Both the position numbers and the translations under genes were made by a program. Below are positions 19,851 to 28,475 of a stretch of 49,495 nt of DNA, in pieces. The notes under the pieces were generated by a model. That model was given only the letters and a program-made list of their open reading frames with translations. It had not been told where the DNA came from and made no database searches. Origin of the DNA: Candidatus Uhrbacteria bacterium (lineage in GTDB: Bacteria > Patescibacteriota > Patescibacteriia > UBA9934 > UBA9568); the NCBI GenBank assembly GCA_003497135.1, contig DNKR01000049.1, positions 2,516-52,010 of the forward strand. The letters run 5' to 3'. Every line of letters begins with the position of its first letter. Within the stretch, counting starts at the first letter, position 1.

Positions 19851-21152
19851 ATGAAAATCATAGCGCTCATTACCGTGGCAATGCTTTCCGCGGCTCCATT
19901 ATACGCATACGCCGCAAAAACAGATCTAAGCATAGAAAGCAAAGACATATTTTTTTCATCAAACTTTAGTTCGCAATTTTTAATTGCGGGCGAACAAGTC
20001 CGGCTTTATGCAAAAGTCCACAACATCGGGGATATTGACATTTCAGGATATGTTTCATTTTTCCAGGGCGACAAGCCGATCGGAGACAGCCAAGTTTTGT
20101 CTGTAAGGGCTGGTGGTGTTGACGAAGAGGTCTATGTTGATTTTATTATCCCTTCCGGATCATTCAATATAAGAGCGGAAATCAAAGGCACGGATCCGCA
20201 AGATCAAAACAGCGCAAACGATGTGGCAGTCACAACCCTGTTTACACCTGTTTTTGATGATGATAGGGATGGTGTTCAAAATGGGAGTGATAATTGCCTT
20301 AATGTAAAAAATCCCGACCAAAAAGACACGGATAATGACAAGGTCGGAGACGCTTGCGATGACGATGATGACAATGATACGCTTACCGACGAAGTAGAAA
20401 ACGAAATCGGAACAAATCCAGTTCTTGCAGATACAGACAAAGATTCGGTCAACGATGCTGTTGATTTTTATCCGACTGACCCGTCTAAAACATCAGCTCC
20501 TGTTGTTATAAAACAACCTGTCAAATCGAACACAGACCAAAATAAGTCAGAAGTTCTGCTAAACAATGGACAACAGCAAAATCAGACATCAGAAATATCC
20601 GGCGAAAACGACGAGAAACCGATTCAACAGCCTGTTACGCGCTACGGAATTGAGCTTTCTCCAAATGCTATTTTTACATATGAGCAGATTGACTGGAACA
20701 GCTATCAATTCAGCGCTCTTGCTGCAAACGGCAACGGTTATAGATTTGAATGGGATTTTGGAGACGGCGTAAAATCAAATAAGCAAAAAGTAGAACATGA
20801 ATTCAATGGTTTTGGCGACTATACGATTAAATTGTCAGTCCGCGACCCAGATGGCAACACAGCAGACGATCAAACATCAATAAATATTTCTTTTTTCCAC
20901 ATCTCAAATCCTTATGTAAAAGCGCTGATAGGAATACTTTCTTTGCTTGTCGTTCTTTCGTTTTTGTTGTTGTTATCAACCGCCAAGCGTAAAAAAGACG
21001 AAAACAAACCAGCGCAAAAACAAATATTACCGTCATTAAAACAAACAGAATCAAAAACTCCGGCATTTTCTCTTTCGGCAAAAACAACGCTAGCAACAAA
21101 AGTCCCTGCGCAAAAAAAGAAAACGCCGCCTTCAACGCCGGCAAAAAAATAA
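19851..21152 (+). CDS. Surface protein: signal peptide, CARDB-like domain, thrombospondin type-3 Ca-binding repeats, PKD domain, C-terminal TM anchor and Lys/Pro-rich tail
   Basis: Signal peptide ending YAYA. TSP3 motifs DDDRDGVQNGSDNCLNVKNPDQKDTDNDKVGDACDDDDDND. PKD motif WDFGDG...YTIKLSVRDPDGN. TM segment LIGILSLLVVLSFLLLL. Confidence 0.8.
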   Translation: MKIIALITVAMLSAAPLYAYAAKTDLSIESKDIFFSSNFSSQFLIAGEQVRLYAKVHNIGDIDISGYVSFFQGDKPIGDSQVLSVRAGGVDEEVYVDFIIPSGSFNIRAEIKGTDPQDQNSANDVAVTTLFTPVFDDDRDGVQNGSDNCLNVKNPDQKDTDNDKVGDACDDDDDNDTLTDEVENEIGTNPVLADTDKDSVNDAVDFYPTDPSKTSAPVVIKQPVKSNTDQNKSEVLLNNGQQQNQTSEISGENDEKPIQQPVTRYGIELSPNAIFTYEQIDWNSYQFSALAANGNGYRFEWDFGDGVKSNKQKVEHEFNGFGDYTIKLSVRDPDGNTADDQTSINISFFHISNPYVKALIGILSLLVVLSFLLLLSTAKRKKDENKPAQKQILPSLKQTESKTPAFSLSAKTTLATKVPAQKKKTPPSTPAKK

Positions 21153-21182
21153 ACACACTGCAAGCGTTGCAAAAAACAGCGT

Positions 21183-22796
21183 ATGATTATTAAGTTGCTA
21201 AATTCAAAATCAAGCACAATAACAGGCGCTGCTGCGGTTGTCGGTTTCTTTTCTTTAATAAGCCGTCTTGTGGGCCTTCTTAGAGATAGATTTATTGCAG
21301 GCCAGTTCGGCGCAGGCGATGTGCTTGATATTTATTTTTCCGCTTTCAAAATTCCTGACGCGATTTTCAATCTGCTTATTATAGGATCGCTTTCTGCAAG
21401 CTTTATTCCGCTTTTTACTAAGTACTACTCTACAAAGCAATCAGATGCATGGATTTTGGCGAACAACATCTTGAATTTTATTCTTCTGCCGCTAATCGCA
21501 CTGTGCTTTATTGGAATTCTTTTTGCTAATCCGCTTGCAGAACTTGTAGCGCCTGGTTTTGACTCGCAAAAACAAGACGGCGTCGCATTGTTTATGCGGA
21601 TAATGTTCGTATCAAATTTTCTAATGGGCATCTCGTCTGTTTTTGGAGGCATTCTGCAAAGCGCTAAAATGTTTTTACTATATTCATTTGCGCCTATCTT
21701 TTACAACGCAGGAATAATAATCGGCGCGTTATTTTTTACAGAAATATTCGGTCCTGTCGGATTGGCCTTTGGGGTGGTTTTAGGAGCTCTGTTGCATTTG
21801 ATCGTGCAAATTGCCGGCTCTTATCATCTTGGGTATAGCTACATACCTGTTTTAAACGCTAAAAGCAAAGAGGTGCGTGCAATTCTGGCTCTTACAGGCC
21901 CTCGCGTACTCGGGCTTGCTATAACGCATTTGAATTTTTTTATAATGACGATAATCGCATCAACTCTTTCCTCTGGCAATGTTACGATTTTGCAATTCGC
22001 TTTTAATATTAACGCTCTGCCAATTGGTGTTTTTGCGATTGCATACGCGATTGCGGCTTTTCCAACGCTGTCAGAACATGCATCCAACAACGACAAAAAT
22101 GCTTTCACGGCTTCGTTTTCCTCATCCGTCAGAAACATGCTTTTCTTTTTAATTCCGTGCACAGTTTTGTTTTTACTCTTGCGCATTCAGATTGTACGCG
22201 TAGTTGTCGGAGCCGGCGCTTTTGACTGGCCGGAAACAGTCGCAACAGCAGAGGCGCTTGCGTTTTTTGCTTTAAGCTTTTTCGCTCAAGGCCTTGTTTA
22301 TTTACTTGTGCGCGCCTTTTTGTCGCTAAACGACACAATTTCGCCGCTTGTAATAGGAATTGCAAGTTTGGTGGTTAATATATTCGCTTCGCTTCATTTA
22401 TCAAAAACACTCGGCGTGGCCGGGCTTGCTGCCGGATTTACAATCAGCTCATTAGTTCAGTTCACACTGTTGTGGGTTGTACTGCGAAACAAAATCGGAA
22501 CCCTTGGCGAATATGGCATTCTTCGTTCAGCATATATTATGACAACAGCCGGCATATTTCAGGCAATAGTTACGCAGCTGATGAAGCCGGCAAGCACTGC
22601 CATTTTTGAACTAGATACATTTTTTGCTGTTTTTGCCCAAGGTCTTATATCGGGAGCGGCGGGTTTACTTGCTTACTTTGGAATATCAAAGCTTCTAAAA
22701 AGCAGGGAATTGTCTGATTTTATATCGGTCATCAAAAAACGCTTTTTCAAAAAATACAAAATTGCAGAAAGCGCAGAAGAAGCTACTGGAATATAA
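21183..22796 (+). CDS. murJ: Lipid II flippase MurJ
   Basis: 537-aa polytopic MOP-family protein with the typical N-terminus SRLVGLLRDRFIAGQFGAG...DIYFSAFKIPD. Confidence 0.9.
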   Translation: MIIKLLNSKSSTITGAAAVVGFFSLISRLVGLLRDRFIAGQFGAGDVLDIYFSAFKIPDAIFNLLIIGSLSASFIPLFTKYYSTKQSDAWILANNILNFILLPLIALCFIGILFANPLAELVAPGFDSQKQDGVALFMRIMFVSNFLMGISSVFGGILQSAKMFLLYSFAPIFYNAGIIIGALFFTEIFGPVGLAFGVVLGALLHLIVQIAGSYHLGYSYIPVLNAKSKEVRAILALTGPRVLGLAITHLNFFIMTIIASTLSSGNVTILQFAFNINALPIGVFAIAYAIAAFPTLSEHASNNDKNAFTASFSSSVRNMLFFLIPCTVLFLLLRIQIVRVVVGAGAFDWPETVATAEALAFFALSFFAQGLVYLLVRAFLSLNDTISPLVIGIASLVVNIFASLHLSKTLGVAGLAAGFTISSLVQFTLLWVVLRNKIGTLGEYGILRSAYIMTTAGIFQAIVTQLMKPASTAIFELDTFFAVFAQGLISGAAGLLAYFGISKLLKSRELSDFISVIKKRFFKKYKIAESAEEATGI

Positions 22797-22857
22797 TTCT
22801 TGCAACAATCGGCCCAAATTGTTAAACTGTTTTCGCGACTGACTTATTAGCTAAACT

Positions 22858-24666
22858 ATGAATTCATACGAACTTCGCGAAAAATTTTTAGAATTTTTCA
22901 AATCAAAAGGTCATGCGATTATTCCGTCCGCATCTGTCATACCGGAAAACGACCCTTCTGTTTTGTTTACAACAGCAGGTATGCATCCGCTCGTGCCATA
23001 TCTTTTAGGCGAAAAGCACCCGCAGGGCGTCCGTCTCGCTGATTATCAAAAGTGCGTTAGAACAGGGGACATAGACGAAGTTGGCGACAACACTCACCTT
23101 ACTTTTTTTGAAATGCTAGGCAACTGGTCGTTGGGTGATTATTTTAAAAAAGAATCCATAGAATGGAGTTTTGAATTTTTAACATCAAAAGATTGGCTTA
23201 ATGTTCCAATTGAAAATCTTGCGATAACGGTTTTTTCTGGCGACAGCGATGTGTCGCGTGATGATGAATCAGCTGGTATTTGGCTTTCATTGGGAATTCC
23301 AAAACAAAGAATCGCGTATCTTGGAAAAAACGATAATTGGTGGCCCGCTGGCGGAAAGCACACAGGACCGCAAGGACCTGATACGGAAATTTTCTATTGG
23401 ACAGGTAACGGACCCGCGCCTGAAAAATTTGATCCTGAAAACAAGAACTGGGTTGAAATATGGAACAATGTGTTTATGGAATTTGAAAAAAAGGACGATG
23501 GTTCATTAGTTCAGCTTTCTCAAAAAAATGTTGACACAGGCATGGGGCTTGAACGCGCGACAGCGGTTCTGCAAGGCAAAAAAAGCGTGTACGAAACAGA
23601 TCTGTTTGATAATATTATTTTGTCCATTGGTTCATTATCCGGAAAAAAATACGGCGCTGACGAAGCGAATGACAAGTCAATCAGAATAATCGCGGATCAT
23701 ATAAGAGCGGCAGTATTTATTCTGGGCGATAGATTCGGAGTTACGCCTTCGAATGTAGATCAGGGTTATGTTCTTAGGCGCTTGATAAGGCGTGCTGTTA
23801 GGCACTGCAGGAATATTGGAATAAACCAAAACTGTACTGTCCCAATTGCGCAAACCGTCATAGACGGCTATTGCAAGCACTATCCGGAGTTAAAAGAAAG
23901 AGAGCGGCTGATTAGCAACGAGCTTGCAAAAGAAGAGGTAAAATTCAGACAAACACTTGAGCATGGATTAAAAGAATTTGAAAAAATTATTTTAAAAACC
24001 AGTTCAATAAACGGCGAGAACGCTTTTTTGCTTTATTCAACTTATGGTTTTCCGCTTGAATTAACAGAAGAGCTTGCAAAAGAAAGGGGAATGGTAATTG
24101 ATAAAGACGCATTTTCAAATGAATTCAAAAAGCATCAAGAGCTGTCTCGCGCCGGCTCAAGCGAAAAATTCGCAGGAGGACTTGCGGACCACTCAAAAGA
24201 GACAGCTCTGCTACACAGTGCAACGCATCTTCTGCATTCAGCTCTACGCGCTGTTTTGGGCGATCATGTTGAACAAAAGGGCTCCAACATAACAAGCGAG
24301 CGATTAAGATTTGATTTTTCGCATAATGAAAAAATGTCCAAAGAACAAATAGAGCGAGTTGAAAAAATAGTTAATGATTTCATAAAAAAAGATTTGCCGG
24401 TAAAATTTGAGATACTGACGGTTGATGAAGCGAAAAAACAAGGAGCCATCGGCTTGTTTGAAGACAAGTACTCCCAAATTGGAGGCGGCGTAAAAGTTTA
24501 TTTTATAGGCAATGACGCACTTGGATATGCAAGCAAAGAAATCTGTGGCGGACCTCATGCGCAAAACCTAGGCGAACTTGGTGAATTTCGCATTATAAAA
24601 GAAGAAGCTTCAAGTGCGGGAGTGCGCAGAATAAAAGCAGTGTTGAAAAACTCAAAAATTAGCTAA
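22858..24666 (+). CDS. alaS: Alanine--tRNA ligase, minimal 602-aa form lacking the C-Ala domain
   Basis: Class II core (FTTAGMHP, FFEMLGNWSLGDYFK, WWPAGG..GPQGPDTEIFY, VDTGMGLER). Editing domain HSATHLLH ... CGGPH. The protein ends at GVRRIKAV. Confidence 0.93.
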   Translation: MNSYELREKFLEFFKSKGHAIIPSASVIPENDPSVLFTTAGMHPLVPYLLGEKHPQGVRLADYQKCVRTGDIDEVGDNTHLTFFEMLGNWSLGDYFKKESIEWSFEFLTSKDWLNVPIENLAITVFSGDSDVSRDDESAGIWLSLGIPKQRIAYLGKNDNWWPAGGKHTGPQGPDTEIFYWTGNGPAPEKFDPENKNWVEIWNNVFMEFEKKDDGSLVQLSQKNVDTGMGLERATAVLQGKKSVYETDLFDNIILSIGSLSGKKYGADEANDKSIRIIADHIRAAVFILGDRFGVTPSNVDQGYVLRRLIRRAVRHCRNIGINQNCTVPIAQTVIDGYCKHYPELKERERLISNELAKEEVKFRQTLEHGLKEFEKIILKTSSINGENAFLLYSTYGFPLELTEELAKERGMVIDKDAFSNEFKKHQELSRAGSSEKFAGGLADHSKETALLHSATHLLHSALRAVLGDHVEQKGSNITSERLRFDFSHNEKMSKEQIERVEKIVNDFIKKDLPVKFEILTVDEAKKQGAIGLFEDKYSQIGGGVKVYFIGNDALGYASKEICGGPHAQNLGELGEFRIIKEEASSAGVRRIKAVLKNSKIS

Positions 24667-24677
24667 AATAAGCCAAC

Positions 24678-24706
24678 TTGACAATGAAGCAGATACATTG
24701 TATCAT
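24678..24706 (+). promoter_or_regulatory. Strong sigma70-like promoter P1 upstream of infA (TTGACA-17 nt-TATCAT)
   Basis: Perfect -35, 17-nt spacer and a 5/6 -10 hexamer. Confidence 0.6.
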
Positions 24707-24734
24707 TTTGCGGTTCCTAATATCCACAGAACCC

Positions 24735-24763
24735 TTGCACTTTTTTGGCTTATTTGATAGAAT
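24735..24763 (+). promoter_or_regulatory. Second promoter P2 for infA (TTGCAC-17 nt-TGaTAGAAT), with the -10 ending 11 nt before the ATG
   Basis: Extended -10 TGn motif with a 5/6 -10 hexamer. Confidence 0.45.
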
Positions 24764-24774
24764 TTTCGCACATT

Positions 24775-24999
24775 ATGTCAGCCAAAAGCGATAAGGATTT
24801 TTTTGAACTAGAAGGAATAGTAGAAGAATTGCTCCCGGGTGCGCAATTCAGGATAAAAATTCCGAACGGACAGTTTGTTATTGGTTATCTTTCCGGAAAA
24901 ATGCGAATGAACCATATAAAAGTCCTGCCTGGGGATAAAGTCAAAATGGAAGTCAGCCCGTACGATCTCACAAAAGGCAGAATAACATTTAGAATGTAA
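24775..24999 (+). CDS. infA: Translation initiation factor IF-1
   Basis: S1-like OB fold: [63 protein letters not shown]. Confidence 0.95.
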   Translation: MSAKSDKDFFELEGIVEELLPGAQFRIKIPNGQFVIGYLSGKMRMNHIKVLPGDKVKMEVSPYDLTKGRITFRM

Positions 25000-25003
25000 A
25001 ACT

Positions 25004-25117
25004 ATGAAAGTCAGGGCTTCTGTTAAAAAAATCTGCCGCGACTGCAAAACAACCCGCAGAAAAGGACGGGTTGTTGTGATTTGCAAAAATCCTAAACACA
25101 AGCAAAGACAAAAATAA
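25004..25117 (+). CDS. rpmJ: 50S ribosomal protein L36 (37 aa; below the ORF-track size cutoff)
   Basis: Hand translation gives [37 protein letters not shown], with a C-X2-C...C-X4-H zinc ribbon. The infA-rpmJ-rpsM order is canonical. Confidence 0.93.
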   Translation: MKVRASVKKICRDCKTTRRKGRVVVICKNPKHKQRQK

Positions 25118-25119
25118 TT

Positions 25120-25506
25120 ATGGCAAGAATCGCAGGTATAAACATTCCGCAAAATAAAAGAGTCGTGATAGCTCTTACTTCTATTTATGGTGTTGGCTTA
25201 TCGCGATCAAAAAAAGTTCTTGCAGAATGCGCAGTTGATATAAATACAAAGGTTAAAGACCTTTCAGAAGCGCAAGTAAACTTAATCCGAGAAAAAATTG
25301 AAAAGCAGTTTAAGCTGGAAGGCGAACTTCAAAGAGAAGTGCAAAGCAACATTAGACGCCTTAAAGAAATAGGGAGCTATAGGGGCGAAAGGCACAAAAA
25401 GAGCCTTCCTGTGCGCGGACAACGAACCAAAACAAATTCTCGTACACGAAGAGGTAATGTTCGCAAAACAATGACAAGCGGACGCAGAATCCTGACAAAG
25501 ACATAA
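25120..25506 (+). CDS. rpsM: 30S ribosomal protein S13
   Basis: MARIAGINIP.NKRVVIALTSIYGVG, and a C-terminus rich in R/K. Confidence 0.96.
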   Translation: MARIAGINIPQNKRVVIALTSIYGVGLSRSKKVLAECAVDINTKVKDLSEAQVNLIREKIEKQFKLEGELQREVQSNIRRLKEIGSYRGERHKKSLPVRGQRTKTNSRTRRGNVRKTMTSGRRILTKT

Positions 25507-25509
25507 TAT

Positions 25510-25917
25510 ATGGCAACAGAAGAAAACAAACCATCAAAAGTCATAAAAAAGAAAAAGAAGGCATTAAGGCAGGTTCCGCATGGCCGTGCTTATGTTCAGG
25601 CAACCTTCAACAACACAATGATCACATTCACTGACCTTAACGGAAATGTTCTAACATGGTCAAGCGCCGGCCACTGCGGTTTCAAGGGCCCAAAAAAAGC
25701 CACTCCGTTTGCTGCAAGCATCATAGTCCAAAAAGCAGTTGAACAAGCGGAAAAATACGGGATAAAAGATGTGAACGTATTTTTAAAAGGAATCGGCGCT
25801 GGCAAAGATTCTGCAGTAAGAGCTTTGAATACGTATGGGATTAACGTGCTTTCTATAACAGACCAAACTCCAGTACCGCACAATGGATGCCGCGCGCCTA
25901 AACCAAGAAGAATATAA
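25510..25917 (+). CDS. rpsK: 30S ribosomal protein S11
   Basis: GRAYVQATFNNTMITFTDLNGNVLTWSSAG ... TPVPHNGCRAPKPRR. Confidence 0.96.
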   Translation: MATEENKPSKVIKKKKKALRQVPHGRAYVQATFNNTMITFTDLNGNVLTWSSAGHCGFKGPKKATPFAASIIVQKAVEQAEKYGIKDVNVFLKGIGAGKDSAVRALNTYGINVLSITDQTPVPHNGCRAPKPRRI

Positions 25918-25925
25918 AAAGAATT

Positions 25926-26537
25926 ATGGGAAGAGTAAGACAAGCAACATGTAAGATGTGCAGAAGAGAAGGCGCCTCTTTGTGCGGACGCGAAAAGTGC
26001 GCGTTCAAACGAAGAGGAACAGTTCCTGGAGTCCACGGCGCCAAAAAAACAAGGCGGCCGTCGATTTTCGGTTCACAGCTTCGTGAAAAACAAAAAGCAA
26101 AAAGATTATATAATATTCTTGAAAGGCAGTTCAGAGGTTACTTTGAAAAAGCTGTCAAAAAACAAGGCGACACCGGCAAATTAATAATTCAAATGCTTGA
26201 AACAAGATTTGATAATACGATTTATAGATTAGGATTCGCAAAAACGCGAAGACAGGCAAGGCAGTTTGTTTCGCATTCAATGTTTGATATCAATGGGAAA
26301 AAGGTAAATATTCCGTCTTATCAGGTTAAAGTAGGTGACACCATAACTCTAAGAGAGGTCAAAAAGAACAAAAAAGCATTTGAAAACATTTCTGAACAGC
26401 TTCAAAAAACCGAAACGCCGAGCTGGCTTTTGATTGATCCTGCTAGCGTAACCGGCAAAGTCCTATCATTACCCGAAGGCGAAAATTTAAAAACAATTTT
26501 TGACCCAAAACTAATCGTTGAGTTTTACTCACGATAA
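25926..26537 (+). CDS. rpsD: 30S ribosomal protein S4
   Basis: N-terminal Cys-containing segment, [13 protein letters not shown], and an S4 RNA-binding domain ([24 protein letters not shown]). Confidence 0.95.
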   Translation: [203 protein letters not shown]

Positions 26538-26546
26538 AAATATTTT

Positions 26547-27284
26547 ATGGAAAAAATACTTCTTCCAAATCGTCTTACGGTTTCTGACGGCTCTAATCCA
26601 AACGAAAAGATCATAATAATAGAGCCATTTTATTATGGTTATGGAACAACAGTGGGCAACTCCTTACGCAGAGTATTATTGTCATCGCTTGCTGGAGCTG
26701 CTATTACTGCTGTAAAAATAAACGGGGTTTCACATGAATTTGCAACATTAGACGGCGTAAAAGAAGACGCGCTTGAAATTATTTTAAATCTAAAAGGAGT
26801 AAGATTAATTTCGCATTCAGACAGCCCTGTAAAACTATCTCTTAAAACATCAGGCGAAAAAGTCGTAACAGCAGCGGATTTTGAAAAATCTTCTGATATA
26901 GAAATCGTAACCCAGCAGCACAAAATTGCGACTCTAACAAGTCCTAAGGCAAAATTTGAACTAGAAGTAACAATCGAAAAGGGCAGGGGCTACTCGCCAA
27001 CAGAAGAGCGTGAGACGCCGTCAGATATTGGAACAATTGCAATTGACGCGATTTTTTCACCTATTAGAAATGTAGGATACAAAATAGAGAACACGCGCGT
27101 TGGAGACATAACAAACTACGACAAACTGATACTCACAATTGAATCAGATGGAACAGTTAAGCCAGAGACAGCAGTTAAAGAGTCGGTTAACATTCTTTTA
27201 GAACAGTTTAATTTTATTTTGGAAAATATTGAAGGTTCTCCTTCAACTAATTCTGAACCAGAAGCTGAACAAAAAACCGAATAG
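26547..27284 (+). CDS. rpoA: DNA-directed RNA polymerase alpha subunit, N-terminal domain only (245 aa, no alpha-CTD)
   Basis: The alpha-NTD pattern GYGTTVGNSLRRVLLSSLAGAAITAVKINGVSHEF is present. The protein ends in a short acidic tail (SPSTNSEPEAEQKTE). rplQ starts 3 nt later. Confidence 0.9.
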   Translation: MEKILLPNRLTVSDGSNPNEKIIIIEPFYYGYGTTVGNSLRRVLLSSLAGAAITAVKINGVSHEFATLDGVKEDALEIILNLKGVRLISHSDSPVKLSLKTSGEKVVTAADFEKSSDIEIVTQQHKIATLTSPKAKFELEVTIEKGRGYSPTEERETPSDIGTIAIDAIFSPIRNVGYKIENTRVGDITNYDKLILTIESDGTVKPETAVKESVNILLEQFNFILENIEGSPSTNSEPEAEQKTE

Positions 27285-27286
27285 TT

Positions 27287-27637
27287 ATGAGACACAGAAA
27301 CACAAAACGAAAACTCGGTCGAAAAACAGGTCCGCGCGTATCAATGCTGCGCAACCTTGTTGAGAGTGTTATATTATACGAATCTATTCAAACAACCAAA
27401 GCAAAAGCCAAAGAGGCAAGAAAAATTGTTGAAAAACTCATCACGATCGGAAAAAAGGGCGATCTTGCCAGCAGAAGGCAACTGATGAAATATCTATACA
27501 CTGATCTGTCTGTTAAAAAAATACTTGAAGTGCTTGCGCCAAAATACAAAAACAGAAAAGGCGGCTACACAAGAGTAACATTGCTTGGAACAAGAAAGGG
27601 AGATGGCGCGGAAATCGTTAAATTGGAGCTTGTATAA
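27287..27637 (+). CDS. rplQ: 50S ribosomal protein L17
   Basis: MRHRNTKRKLGRKTGPRVSMLRNLVESVILYESIQTT.AKAKE. Confidence 0.95.
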   Translation: MRHRNTKRKLGRKTGPRVSMLRNLVESVILYESIQTTKAKAKEARKIVEKLITIGKKGDLASRRQLMKYLYTDLSVKKILEVLAPKYKNRKGGYTRVTLLGTRKGDGAEIVKLELV

Positions 27638-27641
27638 ATAT

Positions 27642-27995
27642 ATGGAATTAAAACGCGAAAAGCACATTATTGACGCAGAGGGCCAGGCAGTTGGAAGATT
27701 GGCAACAAAAATTGCTACTTTTTTAATCGGCAAACACAAGCCGTCATTTGTTCCGAACATTGACGCTGGTGATTTTGTAACAGTTAAAAATGCTGATAAG
27801 TTAAAATTTACAGGCAAAAAGCTCGAACAAAAAGTTTTTAGGCACCACACAATGAGGCCAGGCGGACTTAAGGAGGTAAAAGTCGTTGATGTTTTCAAAA
27901 AAAATCCAGGAGAGGTGGTTAAACACGCTGTTTATGGCATGCTTCCAAAAAACAAGCACAGAGTTAATAGGATTAAGCGCCTAGTAATTGAATAA
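27642..27995 (+). CDS. rplM: 50S ribosomal protein L13
   Basis: IIDAEGQAVGRLATKIATFLIGKHKPSF, GDFVTVKNA and MLPKN. ATG at 27642 follows the rplQ stop. Confidence 0.94.
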   Translation: MELKREKHIIDAEGQAVGRLATKIATFLIGKHKPSFVPNIDAGDFVTVKNADKLKFTGKKLEQKVFRHHTMRPGGLKEVKVVDVFKKNPGEVVKHAVYGMLPKNKHRVNRIKRLVIE

Positions 27996-27999
27996 CTTT

Positions 28000-28395
28000 A
28001 TGAGCGAAACGAAATACAAACAGGGAATAGGCAGACGAAAAGAAGCAACAGCTGTTGTTCGGCTTGTTAAAGGCAAAGGGAACATAATTATTAACAAGCG
28101 GGAATATAAAGAATACTTCACAAGAACCGACCTGCAAACAATTGTAACATCGCCTTTTGATGCAATCGGAGAAAAAGACGCCTATGATGTAGAAGCGCTG
28201 GTAAAAGGCGGCGGAATCGTAGGCCAAGCAGAAAGCGTTCGGCTCGGAATTTCAAGAGCATTGCTTATTTCAAACCCAGATCTTCGCCCTTCTCTTAAAA
28301 AACTCGGCTATCTAAAAAGAGACGCTCGCAAGAGAGAAAGAAAAAAGCCGGGGCGCAGAACAGCCAGAAAAAAGGAACAGTGGTCAAAACGATAA
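28000..28395 (+). CDS. rpsI: 30S ribosomal protein S9
   Basis: GIGRRKEATAVVRLVKGKG, then GGG..GQAESVRLGISRAL, ending ARKKEQWSKR. ATG at 28000 is preferred to the TTG at 27988. Confidence 0.94.
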   Translation: MSETKYKQGIGRRKEATAVVRLVKGKGNIIINKREYKEYFTRTDLQTIVTSPFDAIGEKDAYDVEALVKGGGIVGQAESVRLGISRALLISNPDLRPSLKKLGYLKRDARKRERKKPGRRTARKKEQWSKR

Positions 28396-28400
28396 AAATC

Positions 28401-28431
28401 AACATCCTTCCAAAAGAAGGATGTTTGGTTT
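28401..28431 (+). terminator. Rho-independent terminator after rpsI
   Basis: Perfect 10-bp stem AACATCCTTC/GAAGGATGTT, 5-nt loop, followed by TGGTTT. Confidence 0.75.
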
Positions 28432-28475
28432 AATGCTTCCATTTTAGCTCATTTTGACGTACAATTGCCCTACAT

